From Blepharisma stoltei ATCC 30299 (taxonomy: Eukaryota > Protista > Ciliophora): DNA of 64,000 bases. Positions 49,623-61,968 of this stretch are shown in pieces. Under the pieces are notes generated by a model. The model was not told the DNA's origin, ran no database searches, and saw only the letters and a program-made list of their open reading frames with translations. Position 1 is the first letter of the stretch; each line of letters starts with the position of its first letter. The position numbers were made by a program, and so were the translations under genes. The DNA lies in assembly GCA_965603825.1 (NCBI GenBank), contig CBFDEM010000052.1:575579-639578 (forward strand), written 5' to 3'.

Positions 49623-52019
49623 TTAATTTCTAATTTTATTTTTTATATCATACATCACTCTGCTGATTTTGCCTCGGATGTTGAAATGGTACTTCTTTAT
49701 TTTCCTTGCCTTTTCCAGCGAGTTCACAGCGTCCTCATATCTCAATTCTGCGTTATAAGCCCGAGATATCCAATACAATGAATGTGGAGCTAGATAAACT
49801 CCCCATGGAGGCAGCCCAGATATCTTCAAGACTAAGTCATCAGAAATTTCTGAGGCTTCTTCAGTGTCCCCGTTCAAGCAGAGAGCCATAATTTGCAGCA
49901 TTTTGGCTGAGCAGAACTCAACTAAAAACGACCCAGTTGGCTCTTTGGGCAATTTTTGGATAATGTGCTCAGCGGTAACGAAAATTGTATTCAGCATATC
50001 AGGAAGTAACTTTGTGTGCTGCTTTAAAAAGTAAATTACTTCAAAGGGCAACAAATCAGTGAATTGGCGATATAAAAATACCTGAGCCAGTCCGCCAAAT
50101 TCTTCATCAAGTTTGGTTCGAGATGCTGAAGGCGTGCATGCAGAAATCTTGGTAACTTTAAGCCAGAATGTAACTCTAGTATCTTTTAAAGCAGCTAAAC
50201 AGCCAGCAAGCTGAGCAATTAAGCAAGCCTTGTGTGGAATATAAACTCTATCTTTATGAGACGGCGTTTGTGGACCTTCAAGCCACCCTGTTTTCGTTTT
50301 TTTCTTTGTGCTGACTCTTCTGAAAAAAAGTTCTTCAAAAGCTGGTTTTCTTGCTTCATTAATATCGCCATAAGTCAAAGCTTCTTTTACAAAGGAATCA
50401 AGTTCAGAACTTAATGATAAAGTATCACACAAAATAGACTCAAATTGTTCGCGAGCTCTATATCAGTCCATGCGTAAAAAATGAAACCACCCTAGTTCAT
50501 ATTTAATAAAAGCTGCAAGCGGCTCTAAATCTTTCCCACAGCAGTGCAGCGCATCTTGCAGTACCCGAACAGCGACGTCTACTTTATTTAATTTCCAAGC
50601 TACAATGGAATTCACCCAATGAAACAGCACGCAGCCAGGGAACTCAGCGAGACCTTGATCCAAAATAGCTTTGGATTTGTCTATATCTGGCTCCATATCA
50701 ATATAAAATAGCCCTAAAATTAGTGCTGCAAATGGAGAACGGGAAATTTTCATTTCTCTGCACTTATATAAAAGCTCCAATCCACGCTCTTTATTACTCG
50801 TAAATCCAGCAAGCTTTAGAATGGTTGAGATAGAAGAAGGGACAAGCGAAACTATTAGCATAAATAGCCCCAGTCCAAAAATCACCCTGCCCTTGAGATC
50901 TTCGTCTTTAATAGTTGATAAAGAATTTTCATATTTTCTGAACAATTTCCAAGCACTTCTCATACAAATGAAGGCTTTTAATTTTTGCCCACTTACGAAT
51001 AATAGAATACTTTTGAATAAATTGGTTTCTGCTACAATAATTTCTGAATAGCTGTCTGCTAGTGTTGTATACATTCTCTCTACCTCAGCTAGAGCGTCGC
51101 TACTTCGTAGGACATCAGATTTTCGGCCTGTAACTAGTACACGGAATAAATTTACTTCTGCATAATGTAGGCTACATCTTAAATCACAGTTTTTCATTAG
51201 TGAAAAGCAGTTTTTCGCATTTTCTAATTGGAAATTTCACATGTATTTCAGCCCAGCTTCTCTTATATTTTCTGGGCTTTGGATTTCTGGGAGTTCATAT
51301 CCATTTTTGCCTCTGCTTGGTATTTTAAATTCCAATGATTTCTCGTGCGTAGATTTCATATAGCTTTCTTCGGCATCTTCTTCAATCATGCTCAAATTTT
51401 CATTCATCGATACATTATGGCTTCCACATCCCACCTTAGACGTAGGTATCGAAAACGCTGCATTTTCCTCTGGAGCGTCGAATTCTCCTTCTGAAGTCGG
51501 TGACAGAATCCCCGCAAAAGTTCTTCTACTAGTTGTTATAACCGGCTCAATCTGCGTTGATTTATATGAATCTGACTCTTTTAAAGGCTTAAGCTCGTCT
51601 TCTGACTGATTTGAGCAATAAATGTCCAAAATGTTTTTGATTTGATCGTTAGAAGCAAGCCTTAAATAAAGCATCATCTGCGAGCATTCAAATTCACTTT
51701 TTGCGAATAAAAAAAATTCAGAATTGAAATTCGCTGTCAGAACTTTTATTGAATTTGAGTAACCTGAGAGCGTAGATTTAAGCGGAATTGCTATACATTT
51801 GCGGAGATCTATTGAGCCTCGCGAGGCAATTGATTTTCGGGTTAAGTAGTAAATTAAGCTTTCATTATGAAATACAAAGTATCGAAATACCCTCCTACCG
51901 AGGATTTTGCCTTTTTTGAGCAAAAGGTGGCGGGTTTCTGTGAGAAAAATCAGGGTTGAAAAAATTTGAGCTGGTTCGTAAAAAACTGGGGCTGTGTCTA
52001 TGAGATCTAATGTTTCCAT
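49623..52019 (-). CDS. PH domain + TTC39/Iml2-like TPR protein
   Basis: PH: LLKKGK..RYFVF..LIYY..RGSIDL. TTC39-like FGLGLFMLIVSLVP..LAGFTSNKERGLELL and YELGW. Joined at TGA 51237 and 50463. Confidence 0.82.
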
Positions 52020-52252
52020 TTATACTTGAAGTTTTGTTGTTAGAGACAGTTATTAAACAGTAATTAACTAATTAAATTTTGGCTGTTTTGCATAAGTTTC
52101 ATTAGCATGGTCTCAGCTATAAATAGATGGAAAAGTTCTAATCTCGCCTTATTGGATTTCGGATAAAACTAAGTTTTCTTTAAAAATAAGGAGTTTATCA
52201 GTATATAAGAGCAAATTTTTGAAAGCCTAATTAAATTTGTTCAATAAATCGT

Positions 52253-53356
52253 TTACATTATATTGTAACTCTTATAACCCCTAAATTTAAAAGAAAAAGT
52301 AACACTCGAAACTTCATTAGGCTTCCCTCCACAAATTAAAATTTCTGATATTATGCTTCCAAATTCTTTTTTCTTGCATGAGACTACAAACTCAATGATA
52401 TCGCCCGTGTCTATTTTAAACTTTAAAGATTTTGCTATTTCTGTTCTTTTTTTTAGCACTGCCATGACTGAGTCTTTTCCATCATTTGATCCTTCATCAA
52501 TAACAAAAAATTCTTTAATCATGATATTGCATGCTACACAAGAACTTTGGGGAATAACTTTTGTTAAATCAGCTAGATCAACTGCTTTCTCAAAATGAAA
52601 TCATCAGTGCTCAATCTTCAATATCCTAGCTGCATATAAAGCATATATAAAAAATTGCTTATTGAAATTGAAAAATTTTACCACTATTGAAAATCCTGGC
52701 CAATATGCAAAGTTTAGATCTCGAAAAACAATGTTTATTCTTTTTCCTGCTAGTTTTAAGATGCATTCAAAAATATTTTGAGTAATTTTCTGGCTGAAAT
52801 TTGTAGATTTACTACAAATGGATCAATTTTCATTTGGGATTGCATCAATATTTTTAAAGAAATCAAATGTGATATCTGAACGGCAATTGATACAAATGGA
52901 TCCATTTATTTTAATTCTTGCCAAGTGCTCATGCAAATCTGAAAGAACTAAATCAGCATTCTCATCTAAAATATCGTAAAATGTTTGTGTATATGAAAAG
53001 TTTGGGAATCCTAAAAAGAAGTCTAATACATCCAGCTTCTCAGGCGATAAAGATCCAAATGCTATGTATAAATTTTCAATTGATAATTTTGACAATTGGT
53101 TACTAGACAATCCTGCTTCCATAATAGAAACTTCATCTAAGTTTATATAAAACCCAATTTCAGATTTATCTTCAAACATTTGTAAAGCATTAATTGCATC
53201 TTCATTAGATTCATACACAATTTTTATTTGATTATCTATAGCGAAATCAAATGCCTGATAAGGTCAATTAATTTGCTTGATATTCCCATATTCTTTAGCT
53301 TTTTCAACTATCAGTTCAAAATCTTCTTCAGAACAATTCAATACAATTGAGTTCAT
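52253..53356 (-). CDS. Hypothetical protein, 367 aa
   Basis: Continuous frame with TGA=Trp, including tandem TGA TGA at 52601-52606. Confidence 0.7.
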
Positions 53357-53513
53357 TATAATAAGATTAAAAATAAAATAGGCTCCATAATGTATTTAAT
53401 ATAATATATCAATTATTTCATTAGCAGGAACTCCTGCAAAAGCTTCAATATTTGTCAAGCTTCCAAGAATTGTTTAATGTTAAGTAAAAAGATTGTTAAA
53501 AAAATATTGTCAC

Positions 53514-54107
53514 TTAATATCCTCTAGCAAGAGTGTTTTCATACAGCTTCAGCTGGCTCATAAATCCTTTATTTGGTAAACATTTTGGTCTTTTTTCTTG
53601 AACATATGATAAAGCATCAGTCAAAGATAAATGCTTTTCTCTCATAACATAACCAACACAAACTGCTCCGGATCGACTTCTTCCTGCATAACTGTGTTAT
53701 AATTACCAATGAACAAGCACTTTTCCATGAGCTCTGCCTTCGTCAATAAATTGAAAAGCTTCATCAAAAGCACTAAAGATGTTCGATCCGGGCAAATCGA
53801 AAATTTTGAGTTTTTTATAGATAAAATCGTTTGGGAATACAGGAGATAGCTGACCAGCAACTATCAGAATATGAGTTATCCCTATATTTTGAAGGTTTTG
53901 CTTAAAAACAGAAGCTCCAATACTTCCCAAATAGAGATTTTCTAAAATTTTAACAGGTTGATTATCTGTTCTATAATACTTTAAAAGATTAACAAATCAT
54001 TTTCTGGGACTTCAAGGAAAGTCAAAGGTAGAAGGTTTATGCGCATTAGAATAAATACCATTGCTTATCAGATACGTGCAGCTCTCTGAATTTTTGTCTT
54101 CCTCCAT
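53514..54107 (-). CDS. Dual-specificity protein phosphatase; 15-nt intron 53692-53706
   Basis: LYLGS; splicing yields VLVHCYAGRSRS; PNKGFMSQL. Confidence 0.92.
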
Positions 54108-54762
54108 AATTTCAGTTATAATTGAGACTAAGTTTTAATATTTTTGCAGATAGTCTTTTAACTTGATAGGTGGTTTATATTCGTCATTCATAATTTATTC
54201 ATTGTTCGATCCTAATTTCGTTGACCAAGCTAGGTCTGTAGGCATATAAATAAGAATCCATAATAATTGAAACCTTATAACACTGTATAATTAGTGGTAA
54301 CTTTACTTTATCCAGTTATATAGTCAAGATATCTATTAAATTTTACATTTGGCATTAGAGCTTTTTTATTAATAAGAGCAATCCAATTGCTCACAATAGT
54401 ACTACACTAAATTTATATGAACAGTCAAGCATAAAGCGGTTTTAAATGAACCGAAGACATTTAATAAAATTAATCTCGTTTGCCACTTTATGGGAGAAAC
54501 TACATTAGATGAGCTCAATATTTTTAAGTGTAATAAATACTTTGAGTTCTTTAATTATGCTAACCAATTCATTAGTCTATCAATTATTACTTATCGCTGA
54601 TAAGGCTTAGTTTAAAAAGTAGTAAAACAGCTTGCATTAAAGTAAATTTTTGTCACATTTTTCATAAATAAACTGCTTGGGTTTCAGAATTTTAGAAACT
54701 GATAATTATTAAATTAATATTTTCGATTTGTTGAAATAAAATTGCATAAAGATTTATTAATT

Positions 54763-56447
54763 ATGCCACACTTCCCAGCAGAAATCACAAACGAATTTGA
54801 AGTTGTCGATGACATTAACTTTGGATTCTTCGGAGTTGTCTACAAAGTTAGAAGAATTGGTAATCGCTATTTAGCTGACAATAAGATCTATGCAATGAAA
54901 ACTGTTGTAAAACAGTATGGAGATGTAAAGAGCTGAAAAGATGTGGAAACAGAAATTAAAATTCTTTCTGAGTTGAATAACCCATATCTTCTCCACTTAG
55001 AAAGGAGAATTGACCAAGACAATAAAGTTTACATGATTATAGATTACTGTGAAAACCATGATCTGCTTAAACTAATAGTTGACCAGATTCAAATTGGCCA
55101 ACCCTTTGCGGAAAGTGAAATTTGAAAATATTTTATTCAAATCTGCTTTGGCTTAGAATGCATGCACTCAAACGGCTATATCCATAGAGACATAAAGCCA
55201 GAAAATATTTTACTAGACAAAAACAACAATGTTAAGATTGGAGATTTCGGGCTTTCCAGGTATCTAACTACCTCATCTGTGGAGGGACGCCTTTTTACTA
55301 TTCTCCAGAAATGTGAAGAGGAGTTCTCCCATCCAAAGAAAGCGACATATGGGCTCTTGGGAACGTTTTATATTTCCTTTGCCAGTTTGAGCATCCATTT
55401 GAAGGAAATGCTTATAAAGTTCAGAATGAAAGACACCGACCTATTAGAGATTATTACTCGAATGAGCTTAAGTATATAGTTGATTGGTGCATGAAAAAAG
55501 AAATGAGTGAAAGACCCTCTATAAATGATATTTTAAGCCAAAATTTTGTGATTGAAAAAGTAAATACTTTGGGGATCAAAATTCCTTCGCTTTCTATTGT
55601 AGAACGTCTCATGAGAAGCAATAGGAGTAGCTTTGAAGAGGAAAAAAGCATTTCCTATAGCAAAGCTAGCTCTGCAAGTGATTGCAGTGAGCTTTTATTT
55701 ATAAAATTGTATACCAATCAGCTCTTTGCGGTAAGTTTGAATTCAAGAGAATGCACAAAATTGTTTGATTTATCTATTGATTTATTTTCCTATGGATCCG
55801 CATACATCCCTGATAGCCAATCGACATTTTTCTATGGAGGATACACCAATGGTAGAACTACAGGTATAGCATTCATAGTTGATAAGGACAAAAATTATAT
55901 TGAACTCTCTTCAGGTGCAAGCACTCATGGGGTTGGTTTAGCCTATCATAGAAATTTTGTATATGCATTTGGATGTCATAATCAAATAGTATCAGCTAAA
56001 TACAATTTATTAGCTAATAGATGGGAACCATGTGAGATTCTCCCAAGAGGAGGAGAATATACTGATGCTTGCACTGCTGTATTTCGAGATAGCGTTCTAA
56101 TGGTCGCTTGATACTTTTCTAAGCTGCTAAGCTACGATATAAGGCAGAATTGCTTCCAAGAAATCTCAGACCTTAATTTGAGCGGTCTCCTTCGCAAGGA
56201 GATTTTTTCATATGAAAATAGAGTTTATATATGTGAGTTCCTAGGGAGCACTTATCAAAGCGCGATAAACGATGCTACTGCATGGGAAAAGGTTGCAGGA
56301 AATACAGCCTCCAATTTTGCTATTATCTCTCATGCTATGAAATTCGCTGAAAACTTCTATTTCGTTAGGAATCAAGGATCGGACCTGCCTATGCTAGTAG
56401 AATTCAATCTCAAAAAAAAGAGGCTGCTCCACGTTAAAGAGCTATAG
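54763..56447 (+). pseudogene. NEK-like kinase + kelch-like beta-propeller, with a 1-nt frameshift near 55280 (pseudogene or assembly error)
   Basis: HRDIKPEN and DFGLSR in one frame; GTPFYYSPE and SDIWALG in the -1 frame. Kelch-like FFYGG and VYAFG..NRW downstream. Confidence 0.75.
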
Positions 56448-56489
56448 TCTTAATTATAATATTTAAAGTTCCCAGGTAAATTAATTAAT

Positions 56490-57300
56490 ATGACAATTCC
56501 ACAAAGAGCACTTAAATTCAGCGAAAATTCTTGAGAGAATCTATGCAAAATTACCCAATATAAAGAAAGAGTTACTACTTACGATAGATTAAGCGAATTT
56601 TATCAGAATAAAGAATTACCCACTTATTTCCAAGTTTATAACATTAGCACGAAAAAGGAAATATATGATGTCAGCTTATTGCCAGTCAGTTTAGATGATT
56701 CAACAAGTTTTGTATAGCATCTCTGCATATAATTCTTATGAGAGAGAAATTAGCTAATTGGGGGTTAGCTTGTGCTCCTAATGCTGCAAACTAATTTTCA
56801 GTTGGCCCTTCTGCAAAGACCAGTTAAAGAGTTTCGTACCATTTTTAGTTCGCAACCAATCTCCCTGCTTATAGAAAGCAAATGTGAGGAAATGCAATAC
56901 AGATTTCAAATAAAGAATTGCTTTTTGCAGGGCCGAAAGCATATTCTAATTGAGGTGCAGCTGGAATAATTGACTTTACAAGATATGAGATTGCAATGTT
57001 TTTCCCCTTCCCATTTGAAGATGATTTCTTTGGTTTTTGGGTAGCTTATTTTGAGCAAAATGTTTATGTTTTTGGTCTCTCTAAAATTAATAGAAACCAA
57101 AATTCGGTAGCTAAGAAGCTAAGTTTAACAAAAAGTCGATGAAAGGCGCTGGCTGCTCCCCCAGCTAATGTAGATGAATGCTCATGCGTCTTTTATAAGC
57201 ACTCAATTCTGATTGCAGGAGGCAAAAAGAACAAAATATATCAATATAATATTGATCTGGATAGCTATTTAGAGCGTGACCCCTCAATGCTCTATAATAT
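56490..57300 (+). pseudogene. Decayed kelch-like gene fragments
   Basis: ATG 56490 frame stops at TAG 56715. A later fragment NVYVFG..SRW..CSCVFYKHSILIAGG resembles the propeller of the upstream gene. Confidence 0.55.
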
Positions 57301-57530
57301 ACACTTGATCAGGATTGCAATTCAGTTTTGAGTATGCTATACGTCTCCAATTCAAATAACTTCCAATTTCGCTTTCATAGATTGATCCCTTGTCCCATTC
57401 AATCAAATATAGTCTCTCTGCATTTATCAGGATCTTTCTTTTCTTATCTTCAAATTTATAAGGAATTATTGAGAAAGAGTCAATATCAATTGAGTATAAC
57501 AAAAGATTTCTGCTATCATATCAGAAATCA
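57284..57530 (-). pseudogene. Inverted fragment of another kelch-like family member
   Basis: LYSIDIDSF..RKILINAERLYLIE..GSIYES..W parallels LSYDIRQNCF..RKEIFSYENRVYICE..GSTYQS..W at 56.1-56.3 kb; no start codon. Confidence 0.6.
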
Positions 57531-57846
57531 AAATATTTCTATTAAATATTATACTACTGAAATAACAATCAGCTTGTGGCATAGGAATTAATTGAATTCA
57601 CCGATTTTGATCCAAATCAAATCTAAGAGATAGAGTTAAATTAAGCCAAAGGGATTGATCATTGTTATTGGTCCTGTCAGACATGAATCCAGCAATATCA
57701 GCATTTATGCTCCCTAAATCAGTAATTCCTATCTTTAAGGCTTATACCCGCGATCTCTTCTAGTAGGTTATCAAAAAACTTGTCTTCCCGCAGATTCAAC
57801 TGGACCATAAGCATCCACCACCAAGTTTTCCAGTTCTATTTGTATG

Positions 57847-58340
57847 TACCTAGGTTGCGCCAAAGAAAACAATTGTGCTGGATGCTCTGTAAAAAGCACC
57901 CAATGCGATTTACATGAGGCTGAATACTTCCTTAATGAAGATAGTGCCACTTCAACACCTTGCCTTTGTAAGATTTTATTTAGCTTGCACCGACTCCTGC
58001 ACAAGTTGCTAGCCAGGTCCCGAATGCTATAAATGCGCTAAAACAATAACTCAAGCAGGAACTACTTGCAGAGTCGATTCTGTTGGATACCAGATCAGCC
58101 TCGATGATACAAATATCGTGCTTGACTTTGCTCATCCACTTTTGACTAGGCTTTCGAAAAGTTCAATTAAAGCTACTTCAAACTCAAATGCAGATATCTC
58201 AACAAGTGAATGGACTTTAAATGGCTGCGTAGCAGGCTTGAAGCAGTGCAAAATTTATGCCCCTAATATTCAAGAAAGCGATCTCCCAATTGGAATTCAG
58301 GTCGAATTCGCTCAAGTCTAAGCCAAGTCTCTTTAAGGGT
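57847..58340 (+). pseudogene. Truncated duplicate of the 3' part of the terminal Cys-rich gene
   Basis: Aligns by eye to 61481-61973; 16-nt intron 57968-57983; AAG>TAG nonsense change at 58010. Confidence 0.88.
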
Positions 58341-58494
58341 AAATAGCCTTTTCTCAAAAATCAATAAATCTCTTTATTTCAATTAATTTATGGCAAGATC
58401 ATAATATAAGCATTATAGAAATTTTTTCAAAAGCAATATTTACATTAATTACTCATAAAGATCAATATTAAGATTAGCTGGCAACTCGAAACAT

Positions 58495-58790
58495 ACTGTA
58501 TTTTTTACTTTAGGCTGCTTTAATCCTCTTATAGAAATTGCCCGAGGATGGCGCAAAATAGCGCCATCCTCGGGCAATTTCTATATATTGTTTCTTGTCT
58601 GTTAACCTTCGTTAAGCTCTGCGCTTTATGTGATGAAGGCAATTTCCTCTACAATGATGAAGCAGCCACAGCATCTGCATATATAAATTTATTTAGCCTT
58701 TATTGGTTCCTACAGTTCTTGGAGCAAGGCCTCGTGCTTTTATATGCTTCTGCAGTCGCTCAAGACGGAAGAAATCTGTAAAGTAAATAT
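58495..58790 (+). pseudogene. Third, more diverged remnant of the Cys-rich gene family, interrupted by a palindrome
   Basis: Intron-like GTATTTTTTACTTTAG, then LCALCDEGNFLYNDEAATASA versus QCDLCPTGYFLNKDSATSTSC. Confidence 0.6.
58530..58585. mobile_element. TA-bounded perfect palindrome (25-bp arms, 6-nt loop); IES/MITE-like insertion
   Basis: TATAGAAATTGCCCGAGGATGGCGC-AAAATA-GCGCCATCCTCGGGCAATTTCTATA; absent from the paralogs. The palindrome is certain, its origin is inferred. Confidence 0.65.
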
Positions 58791-60551
58791 GAAAACTGGT
58801 TCTCAAATTATCTGGCTATTAAGATAAACTTCATTCTGGCTGTTCAGACGACACCTTTATAAGCAAATTGATGTGACGATCTTGGTAAAATGAGCTTCCA
58901 GTGACTCGTAACTAGAATTCAATCAAGTCTAACTTTAGGAGCAGCTAATCCTCTTATTAAATTCATTATAGCACTGCAGCTGTGTATTAAACAAGCTTCG
59001 CTAAAAATTGGTTGATTAATTATTTTTAGTTATAATTCCCAAGAAAATTTTTATAAAATTTAAATCGCTTCTTATATCTCCTATTATAAGTATTTGAAAA
59101 TTTATTTATTCAAATTTTTAATCGAATGCTTGATTTTTAACAAATTAAGTAGTTAAATTAATAATTTTTAATTTAATTCTTCATTCATTTTCGAGTCTTA
59201 AAACTCTATTTGGATTTAAGTGATTCTTTAATTTTATCACAATATCCTTTGTACATGTAATAAAGGAATTTTATAATCGCTATTTGAGTGATATCAATTT
59301 TATTTGGCTTCGCTTTAGATCATGCATTGGCTTTTGCATCCAAAAATTTAATTTTTTTATTATATGATCATCCTTGTCTATCTACAAGCTCGGTTCTTTG
59401 CATTTTGGCTGGAGGGTTGCAGCCATATATTCTATATAGCAACTTCTTAATTTAGGTCCTGAAACTATGGAGCTAATCAATTTTTTGTGCTGAATGATGG
59501 ATTGCCTTATTCCCATCTGGGACCATCAGAATTTTCTTTTCAGAAATAGGATGGGGATTTCTTACGGAAGCATTTAGAATTGAAAGGAGTATTGCACAAA
59601 ATAACTAAAATCAAAATGACTTAAAGCTTTTCAATAATGAAAAGCTAGGCTTAGAGCAATTGCTTTTTAGTAGTCACTCAAAGTTATTTGATTTCTTTCG
59701 AGTCTTTCTTGCTTCAGCCTTAAAAACAAAAAAGTCAAAATATTTCGCTTACCTGATAACAATATTTTCTTAACATAGGAAAAATATGCATGCAGCATTA
59801 GAATTTCTATTAATTTCATATTAGAACGGCCAATATAAACTAAATGGCAAGGCAAACTAGCTGAGAGCTCTTTTTTGATTTTTTGTCTTCAATTAGGAAA
59901 TGCAACATTTTCTCCATAAACTCACTATATTTTTACTCAAAATAATTTATCGAGTGGAAAATAGCTGATTTCAAATAACAGTCCTTCTTTTTATTCCCAT
60001 CATAGCTATATCATGCCTGCTAAATGTGGATGTCTAGGAGCTTCTCAAAGTGCTGGATATGTTGTAGATTTTCAAGTTTTAATTTCTGCATCACTTTCTG
60101 AAATCGCTGTTAGCATTTGATTTTACTTCTAGTTATAATAGAATAACAATGAAGAGAACTGTCCTAAGAAAACTGACTTAAACTTAATTTATGGACAGAT
60201 ATTAGGAATTAAGTTGGAAGAACATAAGTTTGAGCTCATTCAAATTAAGGAAATTAAATTTGAGATAAGGTACTAGCGATTTTGAATATCCCAAATCCTT
60301 TACCACTATGTTTAAACAAAAAATTAGTTTTAAATATAGGCCAACTTGGTAATTTTAACGATAGGCAATATTACAGATATTTAAAGTGGGATTTTAAGCA
60401 AGCCTAAGGCTTCATTATAGTAATTTTAAATTTTATTCTGGCCATCCAATTCATAAATTTGAAAAACAATCAAAGCATTCTTGATAAAATTTACAATTAA
60501 AATCGCTTAGCATCCATTTTTAAAGTGAAATGAATTTGTTTATAAATAAAA

Positions 60552-61954
60552 ATGGTTTATTCAAAGCCACTAATTATTCTCGTCCTCGTCGTCCTCTTAT
60601 CATTTGTCCAAGGATGATCAGTAGGTGATTGGATTCTTAGAAAACCAACAGGAGTAACTCTAAGCAATGGCATTATCAATCAGTTAAATTCCGGTACCCC
60701 TGCTCTATCTCCAGATGAGTCGGTTGATATCAACCAATATCTTAGCTGCTTTTCATTAAGCAAGAACGGTGAAAGCTGGAGTTTAACAGCAGATGCATCA
60801 AACTTAATCAGTGGTTCAGAATACGCATTTGGATTTTGGGTAAACTTTGAATCAACAATTAGCCCAAAAGTTTTTCAATTTGGAGCTAACACTGGCCCAC
60901 GTTTTATTGTCTCATCAACTGAGAATGGCACCTTAAAAGTTTCCTTCTTTTCAAGCACTACAACAAATGATCCAGCTAATGATTTGTCCATAACCGTCCC
61001 TTTAAGTAATTTATATATAGACAAGTGGTTCTTTATTGTGTTTCACTTTACTAATGTCTCAGGCACTCCTACTTTGAAGATTATCTTGCCTGGCCAACCC
61101 GTAATTTCCAAAACTTCAGGGAGCTCAAACGTTGCTTTTGTTATACCTAGCAAGGTATTTTTTTTGGAGGTGGAATTAAGGGTAAAATTTATAGGGCTAT
61201 GCTTACAAAGAGTGCCACCATAAATCAAGACTATAATAAAATAACAGTAAATGATGGCATATATAGGTTTGATATAGCTGTGCCTTGTACTCCTGGAGCT
61301 TGCATTGATAGTATATGCTATTATGGGAGCAATTGTATATCATTACTGGAATATTGCACCACTTGCACTCAAAACTCATGCACTAAGTGCGATCCTGATT
61401 CAGCTAGAGCTGAGGGAAATTTTTGCCAAACCTGCAAGGATACCACTACTAATGAACTTAAAAATTATCACTGTAATTTCTACTTAGGTTGTGCCAAAGC
61501 CAACAATTGTGCTGAATGCTCGACAAAAAGCACTCAATGTGATTTATGTCCGACTGGATACTTCCTTAATAAAGATAGTGCGACTTCAACGTCTTGCATT
61601 TGTAAGTGTTATTTAGCTTGTACCGACTCCTGCACAAGTTGCAAGCCAGGTCCCAATTGCTATAAATGTGCTAATACAATAACTCAAACAGGAACTATTT
61701 GCATAGTCGATTCTGTTGGCTACCAGCTCAGCCTCGATGGTACGAATATCGTGCTTGACTTTGCTCATCCACTTTTGGCTGGACTGTCGAAAAGTTCAAT
61801 TAAAGCTACTTCAAACTCAAATACAGATATCTCAACAAGCGAATGGACTTTAACTGGCTGCGTAGCAGGCTTGAAACAGTGCAAAATTTATGCTCCTAAT
61901 ATTCAAGAAGGCGATCTCCCAATTGGAATTCAGGTCGAATTCACTCAAATCTAA
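60552..61954 (+). CDS. Secreted protein: signal peptide, beta-rich LamG/ConA-like region, Cys-rich CxxC repeats; frameshift in T8 at 61158-61165; probable introns 61473-61487 and 61602-61616
   Basis: MVYSKPLIILVLVVLLSFVQG signal; AFGFWV, KWFFIVF; CxxC repeats; TAA 14 nt before the telomeric register. Confidence 0.72.
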
Positions 61955-61968
61955 GCCAAGCCTCTTTA

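Noticed and set aside
52101-52110. U6-like ATTAGCATGG
   Set aside because: No ACAGAGA box or flanking U6 sequence.
61155-61169. 15-nt intron GTATTTTTTTTGGAG
   Set aside because: Lacks the -6 A and YAG end, and would not fix the frameshift.
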